DNA of 64,000 nucleotides. Origin: Takakia lepidozioides. Taxonomy: Eukaryota; Plantae; Bryophyta. The stretch is from contig CM060734.1 of NCBI GenBank assembly GCA_030704615.1, forward strand, positions 52,824,001-52,888,000. The letters are read 5' to 3'. Position 1 is the first letter of the stretch. Every line of letters begins with the position of its first letter. The translations under genes were made by a program, and so were the position numbers. The notes beneath the pieces were generated by a model. That model ran no database searches, had not been told where the DNA came from, and saw nothing but the letters and a program-made list of their open reading frames with translations. Below, in pieces: positions 48,403-60,709 of this stretch.

Positions 48403-48749
48403 TGGGAGTGGATACAACCATGGAAGGCTAACAAGAAATGCAAGGCCAAGCTACTAGGAGACCTTGAACACACGAGATCTTGGCTCAAGTTCACAGATTG
48501 CAAGACGGCGACTAACGATGGGACTACTCTTGTACCCGGCCTCTTGGTCTATAGAGTTTGAGTACAATAGGGACAGTGATAGAGGACTTAGTACGGCTGT
48601 GGCTATTACATCTTGTAGCTATCTGGAGTTAGATGGACCTATCCACCAGCTAGGGGGGCGATTGTGGCAGACTACTTTATTGTGCATATATGTGTGGTAT
48701 AGTTTGGACAGCGATGTAGTTGTGTAGCGATATGTATGCGCACGATAGC

Positions 48750-49100
48750 TGTCAAGTTAAATAAACACAGTGTGAAACTAACTAGAATAAAGCTAGTTAT
48801 TTGTATTTAACACTTGGATTTAGTTCAAGTGTTAAGTCAGGTGTCAAGTTTAGTTTGACACCTGAACCGTCTTATCTTCACGAGAGCGTCAGTCGTGTGG
48901 CTGATCTTTCTCGAGTTGAGCCTGCACGACCGAGCTCCTTCACCGTTCAGAATCTGAGTGTGCTTATAAAGGGATGATAGGTAGTTGTGGGGTGGAGTCC
49001 CCATAGCTTGGGGTGCCCCTGGCTCGACTATTATGTTAAAGAGTGATGGTGTTGGTTTTCATGTTTCTTGTGTCAACAGTGTGTTCTTAGTTTCTTATCA
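48750..49100. repeat. 351-bp solo-LTR-like segment with TG...CA ends and two hairpins
   Basis: Starts TGTCAAG and ends CTTATCA. Hairpins TTAACACTTG-N9-CAAGTGTTAA and TCAGGTGTCAA-N7-TTGACACCTGA. TATAAA present; no TSD found. Confidence 0.4.
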
Positions 49101-49101
49101 T

Positions 49102-49186
49102 TGTGGCAGACTACTTTATTGTGCATATATGTGTGGTGTAGTTTGGACAGCGATGTAGTTGTGTAGCGATATGTATGCGCAGGACA
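49102..49186 (+). repeat. Third copy of the 85-bp terminal repeat
   Basis: TGTGGCAGACTAC...GCGCAGGACA, with the same start and end points as 48663-48747 and 36457-36373. Confidence 0.9.
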
Positions 49187-52100
49187 CATGCCTGTCCTCT
49201 AAATGCCTAAGGGAAAGAAAAGAAACATGACAAGACTTCGCAACATGAGTAGAAAAAGAAAGTCTATCTGCCTAATAACCCCATGGTCTACAGCCAGGAT
49301 AAGAAATGAAGGCCCAACACACAAGTATCATGGACTACTCTTAACGCCTAGATTCCAACCACCAAACAATCATATCCACATTGAGCATCTTTTGAACAGC
49401 TTTCCACCCCCAATCCAAAGGTCTATGCCAATGGTTCATTCCTGCAACACCCAAGCTCTATTCAAGCTGTAACAGGGTCTGCTTGAGGGGGGGTCTCAGG
49501 TGTATCTGGGGCTGCACTTGGGGGGGTCGCTGCAGGCACAGTGGATTTTGCACCATTTGTTGTCGTAGGAGTGACTGAGGGTGCTGGAGTTGCTGGCGGA
49601 GGAGGGGGGGGGGGTTGCTGCAGCATGTGGGCCGGAGGATTATGCTTTAGCTTCAGAAGGACCTGCCGCATGCGGCCTAAATCAGTAGGCTTCCCAGGCT
49701 TGGGACCCTTGTTGGCCACCACGCCAATTTTCTTGTCCTTATCTTTGCCACGGCCCTTCACCTCTAGTGATGCCGGCAGTTCATTGGGAATCAGCTCTGT
49801 CACTGGACGACGTAGTGACACCACAAGTCATTTTCAATATGAGTGGTTAACATCAGTGATTATTTTGTGTTCTCTTTGTAGTGTGTATATGTAAGAGCCA
49901 TTTCACCTGAGGATGGCATTAATGTCCCCCAAAACCAAATCGCTCCAAGTTCAGTGTGCCAAATCCAAACCTCTTGGATCCAAATGTATGTACAGCTTGT
50001 TGCACTTGTAAGAGAGAGAGAGAGAGAGAGAGAAAAAAAAACAAATGAGCTTCCGACCTGGATGCAGCTGATGGACCACTTCAATGCTTCCATGCTTGAC
50101 ACTACTTTCACATTTCCCTTTCCTCTCTTCGTCATCTTCCTCCGTAAGCCACCAACGTAGTGCCCATACCATTGCATTTCTGCACAACTGTGGGGACCAC
50201 AACCAATGTAATGAAGCAGCTTGTTGGAGTGGGGAGTCGATTTAAGAAGGGAAGTAAGGATGAAGTCCGAAAGATATGGTCTGTGCAGGTGGCAAGATCA
50301 CAAAACTTTTCTTCACGTTCCTGAGATCACATGTGGAACTGGGACAGTCCCACAAGGAACACAGTTAAAGAAAAGGCCTCACTTTGTGTGAAATCCACAA
50401 ATTCTTCCATGTTCTCCTAATGCCCCATTTCGTCCCTTGCCATCTATTCCTTCCAGAATTTCAGCCTTGAAGTCCAAAGTCCAAACAGACTTATTTCTTC
50501 ATCTTTCGTAATATATCGTTCAGGACTGTTCCGCTCCTCCTCCATCCAAAGAGAGGCGATCAGCTCTGGAATTTCTGACGGTTCTCCCCGTCCGTAAATG
50601 GTTGGTTTGTGGGAGAATCTAGTTTGTTAGGAATGTTTAGCGTTGTGGCCGGGATACGTTGATATTTGCAGTGGCGTCGTACAATGCAGAAGTCTATCGA
50701 GTACTGTTGAGCTAACTCTATCTTTTGTGCGTTATAAAGTTCAAAAACCTGGTGAGGGTACTTGGGGTAGTGTCAAGTTCCAAACGTATTCAACATCCTT
50801 TCACAACGAGCTAGACCACTTTCTCGCCTGTTCTCCAAGTTGAGAAATTCCGATGTGGAAGAGAGGCTGGAATGCCGAGATCTAGACTTCACCTTACTTA
50901 ACACTTCAAAAATCATGCCAACTGCTAAGGTGCGCTATAGTAGCTGGATGTACAACTCCTGGTCGGACTCTCAATACACGTACTTCATTCAAAGCTTGTG
51001 GACGACTTATGTAGCATGAAGATCTCTATTTCATGTGAATGTGATCTCATCTCTTGCCCGTTCATCCCACTAATAAGTACTTTCACATGCGAGGCATCCT
51101 GCATTATGATTTTTTTATTGTCTCTTTGTTATGTAAGAGGATCCGAGACTTGGTCCGCTTATTCCAAAACTGAACTCTCTAACGTCGAGTGTGGTTCTGA
51201 CATTCGAGCTCGTCTCGCATCATCCATGGTGAGACCTGACTCCTGACATCTTAAAAATTTTAAAATTTTGAAATGAACGATCACCCACGTTACATAATTC
51301 GGTTGGCACCTTATGAGGCATCGTTGATTGGTGGGATCGGCTGCAGCAAGTCAGGACTCAGGAGTGATAGGGGAGTAGTGTGTGGTCACTCCTGGTGTTA
51401 CACGATCGCAGAGGCAGGCTCCTACAGGCTGTAATAACACACACACCTAAGTGTCACCTGGGGAAGGAACGTGCCGCCAGGCTCATACTCGAGTTTCCCG
51501 CATACGGTTCCAGCAACCTGTACAACATGTAAACCCGCAGGAGTCATGTCTGACTCTAGAGCTTTTATAGCAGGTTTGTACAAGCTAGCTTCAATGCATG
51601 CTTTCATCTTCTGGTTCGAAATGGTACATACTTACCACTTAAAATATGGTGATAGAGCAGACTTTGATGAGGGAATGTCATTATAATAACAGACAGCCGC
51701 ACCTTTACCTGGTCAACTGGCTGCGTTTCAGTCAATTGACAGTCGCACGCAGCAGACATCCTGACACAAGATGGCTTGCGAGATTCATGACTCGAGAACT
51801 GGAGCATTTCAAAGTGGAAGAAGATGAGCTGTTCATGCCCATGGCTCTTGAATTGCCCAATACATAGTGGTATTTCCCTTATCAGTGGCCTGGCTTAACA
51901 ATGAGCATCAAGCTAGTTATGGCGATCACGAACGAACTTATGTTATATAAACTGCACTACTGGGCTCTTGAATGTCATGCTATAGTCTCGATCCTGTCCC
52001 TTCATCCCTTCTGCGGGCCGTGCTACCGCCCTTCTCGGTCAAATCAGCAATTAGGCCAGTCAAATCCAAAGTGATGGAGAGCTATCCACCCAGTCTCACC

Positions 52101-52579
52101 TGCCAGTTGCCTTCAGATCACTTTACGACACCTGTATGTGGTTGCCGAGTGTGGACTGTGGGCATCTCTGGCCTCTCTCTGGCCTTCAGAGTTGAATGAT
52201 GTGCAGTGTACCCATCCAGATATCCACTGCGGAGGGACGTTGCTAATGCTTGGAGACAACTTCAGAATGTGGTTTAGAGCCTCAAAAGTTGCAGATATCG
52301 CTCACTTTGCACAATTCAGTACAAACAGAAAAATAATATCTCAGACCGATTGTCCTTCCTGATTCTCAGACAATTTGTGCACAAACGAAGTTGATCAGCA
52401 CACCGGCGAGACTCCTAAAGGTTCACATGACATTCTACTGCATTATTCGATCTGTCCAATATCCACATGAGCCATTCTGACATCTCTGGCCTCCTCTCTA
52501 CTCTCTACCTCTCACACTTGCTGCATGAGCCTAGGCACTGAGCAAATTCTACAGTCTGCACACACACTGCACAAGGTGC

Positions 52580-55500
52580 TCAGTGGCACCAACGAAAGAC
52601 GAGAGCGCCCGGTATTTTCCCGGTCCGCCGGATGATCTCCGCCCGGCCCGCTGTTTTGGCGGCCTGCTCTCCACGGCGGGCCTCGGCTGCCGCCCGCAGA
52701 TCCTCCGCCCGGCGCCGGGTCGCCGCCAGCTTGTTCATCAACCTCTCGTTGCCGTGTGACCTCATCCTTTCCACCTTCACCTGCCGGGATTCAAGCACTC
52801 GTCAATACTGTGCAGCAGGAATCGCACAGTGTAGCGGCAGTATACAACAGCTTTATAGTTCAGATTGGGGCCCACTGGGCTTTTCTTAACTGGCTTTTGT
52901 CCGAAGACTACAGTTTCTGGTGAGCCCTCTTATCCACATAGAGATATGGCACCCTACAAATCTGGGAGGCCATGGCTGAATTTACACCAGTGCTAAATTA
53001 GTCCAAGGCTTTTCTCCCAACAGCATTTTGAAGGATGCAGTCAAGCTGAGTTGCAACAACTCTGGTTCTTGGGTTGTACCTCTATTCTCCGCATCTCAGC
53101 CTCGGCTTTGGCCTTTTCGTGATTCTCCCAAGCCTGGATCTTTGTTTCCTCACGATTGAATCTGTAGCCCATCACCCTCATATTTCAGTAAACGATGTAC
53201 AGTGGACAGGTCTAGCAGACTAAGCTTTGTGGGTGCGAGATGTTCCTGGCAGTCCAGTTCCAGGGAGTACTAAACTTGTGGTGTGCCATGAAATGTCCTC
53301 CAGACCAAGTAGCATCTACTGTGATCAGGTGAAATGCTTGCAGGCAGACACCTAATAAGTGCCTTCAACTGTCCTACATTTGGCAAAGCACTAGACTACA
53401 TGATGCATCTCCCCCTGGTTAGTTTATCTGGTTTGTTGGCTGTTCAATCCAGACTACTCAATCTATTAGGAGGTGGAATTGGAAGGGGAAATACAGCAGA
53501 CAGCTCCCCTTCATAACTGCTGAATAACAAAGCAGAAGGAGAGTCTGAGAAGTGACTGAGTAACTGACCTGGCGACATATTTTGCATGCTCTGCCTCCTC
53601 CCAGGCTGCAGCCCTTGTGGCGAGCACATTTTTCCTTACTTCCTCCAACTCAAGACTGGCCTTCAGGGATTTGGCTGCATCTGCTTCTTCTTCCTCTTTG
53701 GTTGCCCATGCTGCTATGTTCGCCTTCCCTAGTTGTGTGCCCAATGCTAGAATCTCCTGTCGTGTTTTTGCTTGCAATTCTTTCCCAGAGAGAACCTTTG
53801 ATGGCTCAGTCTCTTCCATACCACAGTTAGAGTCAGATGTTGGAGTTGAGTTGTGGAGAGTCCTCCCAGGAGTAGAGGGTCGGGACCCAGTTGGGCTTCG
53901 AAGGTTGGGTGTGGTTGCCCTTAGAGGGGTAGCAGTTCTGGAAGGCTCCACACTAGCTATAGGTGTCATTTCTGTTCCCATGTCTCGCATGGAGATGGAC
54001 CTTACATTGAGGGCCGATGCAACAAACGCCGATGCCTCATTGGGCGAAGTGGATTGGCTGGGCTTGGGCAGCTCGCTCACCTTGGTAGGTGAATCCTCAT
54101 CTGAACACAAGTAGTGGTTAGCAATATGCACTGAAGCCAAGTGACCAAGTATACTTTCTTGGTGTGACCAACAAGAATTGAATTGAATGGAGAAGAATTG
54201 AAAAATTGAATGGATTTGTTCAATGCCTATGCATAGTTAGTTACCATATAAATTCCCTCCAAAACTTAACAATCTGCAACCATTTCCTCTTGGAATTTGC
54301 ACTACAGGAAGCCAAGTGAGTGGGGACTCCCAGGGTCCAACAAAAACCTAGAGGCAACAAACATTAGCAGATACATAACAAACTTCTGAATTTCCAGTGA
54401 TGCATGGAAGATGGGAGAGAGACAATGCACAGGGATGGAGGGGGAACATACCCAAGGGATTCGACATACCTTTGGTAGGTGATTCAGAAGTGGGCTTTGC
54501 TGTCCGGAGTGTCGGCTTTGATAAAGTGTCATCAGTAGCTTCTGGCGACGTGCTGCCTTCCTTTGTGTCGTCATGGTCGCGACCGTACTGATCATTAAGA
54601 GGGTAACGGTCCAGAGATGTATTGGACCGTGCTTTCCCAGCAGGCATGAATGCAAAACGGGAAGCAGCCCCTTCACCCTGACTGGCAATGTACTTCGTTG
54701 TGTCTACCTTCTTTGTGCGCTCTCCTGGTTGTCTTTGATTGGTTGTCTTGGGTGAATGATCCTCTCCCTCACCGCTGTTCTCACCAGAAGATGGGGCATC
54801 AACCCCACAATTAACAGATGTTGATTTTGTTGAGTGGGATATCCCATTTTGGATCCCAGACGGACGCCCACCCTGGGTAGAGAAAGACACCTTCTTTGAC
54901 ACAGTTACTCCAGCCTGGGTTGCGACAATGTGTGCTTGAAGAGGTCCGCTTCTCGATTTGCTCTTAATAGGAACCTCACTCGCCGACAACCATTTTTCTG
55001 CATCATCCCACTTAGAAGGGGTGGGCTTTAAAAGAGGCCCCACCACAGTTCGGTGGCCACCAGCCCTATTGAAGTCAAAACTTGCAGAACTTTCTTTCTC
55101 AAAGCTGCTCTCGTAGTCAAAAGGTTCACTGTCACTGCTCCTTGCTGCATGGCTTGAATTAAAACTAAAAATACTGGCACTCCCGTTCGGGACACTGGCA
55201 ACTTGGGCTGCTGGCCGTGCTGTGCCAGAAGCTAATCCACCATATTTTTTCTTGGTTTCTTCTCCTTTCTCCATCATTGAGCTCTGCACAGCTTTGAATG
55301 GGGCAGTTTGAGCCTCTTTTGATTGGGCATCCCTCAGATTCAGCGATTTCTTGGTCACAAAAGCAACTTCACCATCATTGTCTGCTAGATGCAGAGCATG
55401 GCCCACCTCATGCACTGTGGCCCAGCCATTCTCTATGGAGCTGCTCAAGTCTTTTTCAGAACGTTGGCTAAGTGCACCTGCATTCAAGGAAACAGAGAAT

Positions 55501-57084
55501 TTTAAGGACAGAAACACCCTTCGAAGCCTTCCTATATGAGCAAATCTTAGCACTGGGGCTTGGTCTAGAAGATATGGCAAGAGCCTGTGTTTTCCAGAGG
55601 CTTCTTTTACCGGGTGCCAGATCCAGGCCTCCGATTTGTCAACAGAGAAAAGCCTACACGACACACAGACTCCAGGTGGTGAGATGGGCCTCATGGTTTC
55701 TCTGTTCTTGCAATAGAATTGTCCTTTGCTGTGTCAGTTTTCATCCAGGTTGCCACTAACATTCTTTCAGTTGATACATCTCAATAACTGAAACTGTAAA
55801 GAGGAGCGTTCCTTGGGTCAGGAGGGTAGATACCAACTGAGAAACGAACTGGAATAACAAGGGAAGCTGGGGCTCCAATCGTAAGCCTTATCATGTAGGA
55901 CAGTTTCCACAAGCTAGCCAAAGGGAAGTCCTTCATCACACTACAGCCGAACAACCTCAAACAGAATGCACTCAAAAGCACATGAAGGTGATTGTCAGCA
56001 ATCTTCCACTGGTATTTACCTTTCAATCCCTGTCTGCCTGGGGTACTGATGACAGATTTCTTGACTCCATGAGCACATCCCCCCTATGTACATGATTATG
56101 GCAGTCAGTCCAACAACGTCTCTACGTGAGTGAAGGCTCTCTTGCACAACCTAGCAGCAGGACGTTTTCTCACAAGTAGATTAAAGTATCCCAGAATGCA
56201 GACCCATTATCTATGTTCCCCCTTCCATGTAAGGGGTGTAGCATAACACAGCCGGAATACAAATACATATGTAGCCTCGTCTTCTGTGACACGCAATAAG
56301 TGAGAGAGTGCTGTGAAAGATTCCACCTTTGGCAGTTCATCCCTTGGGGAATCACCATAGAAGGCCTCGTCATCTCCATCAGAGCTACAATTGCCAGTGG
56401 AGATACTCTTCACGTCAGGGTAGTCCGTTCTGTCCATTTCACTCGATGCCTTTGACAATGTTGACAAAGTTGGACTGCTCGAGTTACTATGCAGTGCTGA
56501 ATTCCTTATCACGCATTTGGGGCTGTTTTCAGCTGCCGAAACACACAGAGGAATCAAAGAGTTAGCGACCGGTAGTGGATATCTCGTCACCTTGATCAAC
56601 TTTTGCGGAGGTTTAGTGTGTGCCTCGGACATATAGAAGAGGACAAGGCTTTCCTTTCCACAACAAGGGATGGAGACATAAGACAAATGAAGGTGTATTC
56701 TTATACTAAAGACGAAGGCTGAGTGAGACACAACTGTGCAACTGTAAATCGCAACATACCTGAACCACCTCCATTCTGAAGTCTTGCTTTGCTGACGAGA
56801 ATACTTTGCAATGCAGAGGTCGCCAGGCTGGTGTCTTTGCTCCGCAGGTGTTTTCCTCCCAACTGAGAAGGTTGCGCACCGTGGGCTGGCGACTTGAGCT
56901 GAGACTTATAGCCAGGGATAGCTCCTTGACCGCAATAGATGGGTTTGGCAGAACCCAGACTGATTGAGTCGGCTCGGTAGATCAAAGTACGGTGGGGGTT
57001 GCGCTTGGCATGCCCCTGCTGGGGAGGAGGTGAGAGACCCTCTTCTCTCTGAACGTTGCAACCAGCGTTCTGTCGAGTGATCAT
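52580..57084 (-). CDS. Remorin family protein (long N-terminus, group 6-like); 5' exon structure approximate
   Basis: Exons 52580-52780, 53080-53161, 53569-54100, 54470-about 55478, and probably about 56270-56532 and 56760-57084. Motifs PSKWDDAEKW, RDMGTEMTPIASVEPSRTATP, LGKANIAAWATKEEE and Remorin_C (AAAWEEAE..IQAWENHEKAKAEAEMRRIEVKVERMR..). Confidence 0.9.
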
Positions 57085-60000
57085 AGGGAGTCTTGATTAC
57101 CCAGTCGACGGGTATCTACAAGGCTTTGAGAAGAGGGTGAGCACCCTCCTTGGACGACCGACCGTTGTTTCTGTGCGAGCTCTCCACTACACTTGAGTGC
57201 TTCCTCAAGGATACGCAAACTGCTACGTAGCCTAAAGTTATTCGCATCCTCTAGCGACCTCCCTCATGAACACAGATTTTCCTTTGGACATTTTCAGCAC
57301 TGAATTGTCTATGTAGGAGTCAGCCATGTAGCTGCTGGAAGCCTGCCACCAGTTGAAGATTTTTCCCTCCACTCCTAAGGATCTCAAGACCAAACCGGTG
57401 AGGGAGAAGGAATATTCACTGGCCACCCAAGCTCAGCGACTCAAACTGCATGTCGGCATCTTTCGAGCCCGTTCATCCTTTGCTGTCTGAAAACTCTGGC
57501 CCTACGAATGAGTCACACCTCACAGAGAGAATGCAGAAGAGAAATGAGAAAGGTGCCAGCGAGTTGTTACTGTGAGCCCCCCTTATCGCGCTCTTGATAG
57601 TGAAGACAGTTAGTAAGGGCAGAGTTTTAAGGAAGAGAGAACTGGTACTTCCTTTTAGCTTCGTGGCATTGCAACGAGTTCGACTACCTGGCTATGACCG
57701 GTTCGCTGACACAATATCAGTAGCATGAAGTTTTCCAGGAGGAGAGACTTGGAGGAGTAGGCCAAAGCTCCCAAGTAATATCAGGACGATTCATGTTCAC
57801 CTTCATCAGCATTGTTGCTTGAAGGAGGTTCACAAAGTTTCTATAGATGTAAAATTTGATTCTCTCCAAGTTAGTAAGCTCCTTCTCTTTCACTCTCGCG
57901 GATAGTGAAAAGTGATGCGTGCCAGAGACAACTTACACAATGCTCTACCCACTGCTGCGTTACTCAGTAACTGAAGAAACTTTTAAGTGTTCAAAGTGTA
58001 TTGACTCCCAACTGTACGACCCCTCTATCTCTCAGCTTGTATGAACTAGGTTGAGATAGCTTCAAATTGAATGTATGGAGTCGCAACTGACCTGTAATCC
58101 CCGTGTCAGACAAAGAGGACCCAAATGCTTTAACCTTTGACGGTAGCCAAATAGACGACACCAGCTAAGCGGACGTACGAAACAAGGAAAATTGCAAGAG
58201 ACAGATCAGACAAGGTGGGAGAAAGAAAGAGAGCAAAGATGTCAATAGACAGATGGCCCACAGGTCGACCACAGAGGGGGACAGAACCAGGAGCACGGGA
58301 CCGGAGAGAGCTGTGGTGGAGAGTACATACGAAAAGAGATCAGAAGAATGCAACAAAACAAAAGCTCAGCTGAGCTCCAGCTCCGAGAAAGAAGACCCAG
58401 CTGGACTGTGGGCATGGAAAGATCAGTTGGGCAGGGAGAGGAGACAGATGGAGTGAGAGCAGACAAGGTGAGCGTCTAAACAAAGCCAGCTGAGCAACTG
58501 TGGTGTGCAGGAGAGAAAGAGAGAGAGAGTATGGGACACGGAGAAGACAGTGGGCCCACGCAGAGCAGCCATGGCCGTCACTGTCCCTTTTCAGATTCCG
58601 GCTGCCATCACTCATGCCACCCCTTGTATGCTCTCTAAGCTGTTGCCCTCTTGGATGACAAGGGGCTTGGCCATCCACTGCTCTGTCCAACTTCTTGTTA
58701 GAGTGATGGCCTCTGTCAATGAAATGAATGAATGACTAGGTGCATCCAATAGTTTCTGATTTTTTCCCCACAGGTTTTGAATGTTTGGTTGTAGACTGGC
58801 TGCAGTCAAATCTGACAAGGCTGGGGTGAGCCTTTTCAAACACACATGTATTTACATACTCAAAACAGTTTTTGTTAAAAGGAAGGGGGAAGAGGTGATT
58901 TGAGGGGGTGGGGGGGAAACAGTGTCATGTAACTAGTTCATGGTTATTTTTTCCACCCCTTGCAATGCAATTTGGGATGCCGCTCCCTTTCACTATACAA
59001 TTTAAGAAAAAACTAGTTCATAACTACTCGCAAAACTCTATGCAAAGCTTGTAGGGTTTTCTCGTTTTCTCCTCAAAAGTTGGCTCTCACAACCGAATAA
59101 TGCTCCGAAAAACCAACAAAGGCGACTCCCCACTCCCTATTTTCAAAGGGCGAGGACTACGCTTACCCAATGAGTTTAATTAAGGCAAGTGTGTGAGGGG
59201 CCTGCTGGCCGGAGCTCCGGAGGCTGTGGTAGACTGCTAGTCAAATGTCCTCCCGCATTGGGTAGGTGGGGAGCGCTCCACACCTCCCGGCTCCTCATGC
59301 TCCCCACCTTCAGGACCCTGTTCCCATTCCCACTCCCCGATCCATGCTCCCCATAGTGGGACAGGGGAGCAAGGAGGGGAGCTGGGACCGGGAACAAGGG
59401 AGCCAGACTAACAACAAGTAGGGAACAGGGGAGTGGAGTGGGGATTTTGGACTTAGAATTATTTTGGAGATGAATTTTTTTTGTCAAATTCAGTCATTCC
59501 ATAAACCTTGTCTGCCGCGGATTGAAATTCCCACCTTGTCATAGTAATGTTGCACCTAGCCATCACGCTACCAGCCACTTCTTGTCAAAATCTTAATCTC
59601 TTAATGCTTTAACCTACAATACATGCAGGCAAGCCGGGAGCAGCAAGGTGGGGATTTGACAATGCACCCCATATTGCTAGTAGGGCCATCCCCCTTGACC
59701 TTACCAGCAACGCTCCCCCTCCCATGCTTGCATTCAATTCGTTGGGTACGCGTAGTCTTCTCCTTGTGGGAGCTCCAAAAATACTCAATACTAATAATAA
59801 TTTGCGCTAGTCATGTCAAGGTACTCATGGTCGATGGATTCACCCAATCACTCACTAATGAACTCACAAGGTACCTAAGGTCGCACAATCTATCTATTTC
59901 TCACATCCCGGAAATTCATATGGGCGAGGGAGTCCACTTTCGAAACGGAAGGCAGTAGCCCTTTGGGAGTGAAGCTTGGCCAGGAGTCAACCGGTTCCCA

Positions 60001-60583
60001 CAGGATGCAAATGGGTTTGAAATTTTGAACTTTGAATGGATGATTACATGCAACAGAGCTGCAGTGCTCTAACCACTGTTGGGGCAGGGTGAAGGTTTGA
60101 GTGGGGTTCTTGTGAGAGAGAAGTACATTGATGGGGAGAGGCACACATATGCATTAGTGACTTTGTGTGTACCTGCAACACAAAAGCAGTGCATTTGGAG
60201 TTTGTCACCATCACTGCACCATCACCCTGTGGATCCGTGTTGCACCTTCAATGGTGGCTGCTTTCTGCAGGCCCCTTCCCAATCCACCCAGTGTCCTTTC
60301 TGTGGGTCACTCATAAGGGAGCCTGAAACCTATCTGCTGCATTAGCAGATAGGTTTAGTGTCTAATTAGCTTGCTAAGCAGGCCCCATGTTGCTTACTTA
60401 GCAGGAGTGTGTGTGATACACTGTAAAGCCACTCTGCTACAGTCATAGCAGTGACAGTGCTCAGAGAAAGATGCCTTTGAGCAGACTGCCAACTTTGGGT
60501 GGCTTTTTTGTCATTCACCGGACCATAACTTTGCATCTGTCATTTCAAAATCTTGTGGTTTTGCTTGTTAGATGCGTCCTATT

Positions 60584-60709
60584 GGACTCGTCGGGATAAT
60601 TCATATCATCGCGCTCAAGCGCGAATTCAAAATTGGGTGATTGTTAATAGGACTCGTCGGGATGATTCATATCATCGTCAAGAGCGAAATCAAAATTGGG
60701 TGATTGTTA
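60584..60709. repeat. Two-copy tandem repeat, approx. 62-66-bp unit
   Basis: GGACTCGTCGGGAT.ATTCATATCATCG..CAAAATTGGGTGATTGTTA occurs twice. Confidence 0.8.

Larger units (their letters stand above)
41249..48747 (+). mobile_element. Ty3/Gypsy retrotransposon encoding gag-PR-DNA cytosine methyltransferase-RT-RH-INT-PHD (decayed copy; 5' end not found)
   Basis: Collinear same-strand domains, PPT at 48648-48662, and an 85-bp TG-starting terminal repeat at 48663-48747. Confidence 0.92.

Noticed and set aside
36373-49186. One large TIR DNA transposon bounded by the inverted 85-bp repeats
   Set aside because: Flanks do not form a TSD, two of the repeats follow retroelement PPTs, and no transposase was seen.
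59120-59450. MITE with C-rich/G-rich inverted arms
   Set aside because: The arms are only loosely complementary and no TIR/TSD boundaries could be fixed.
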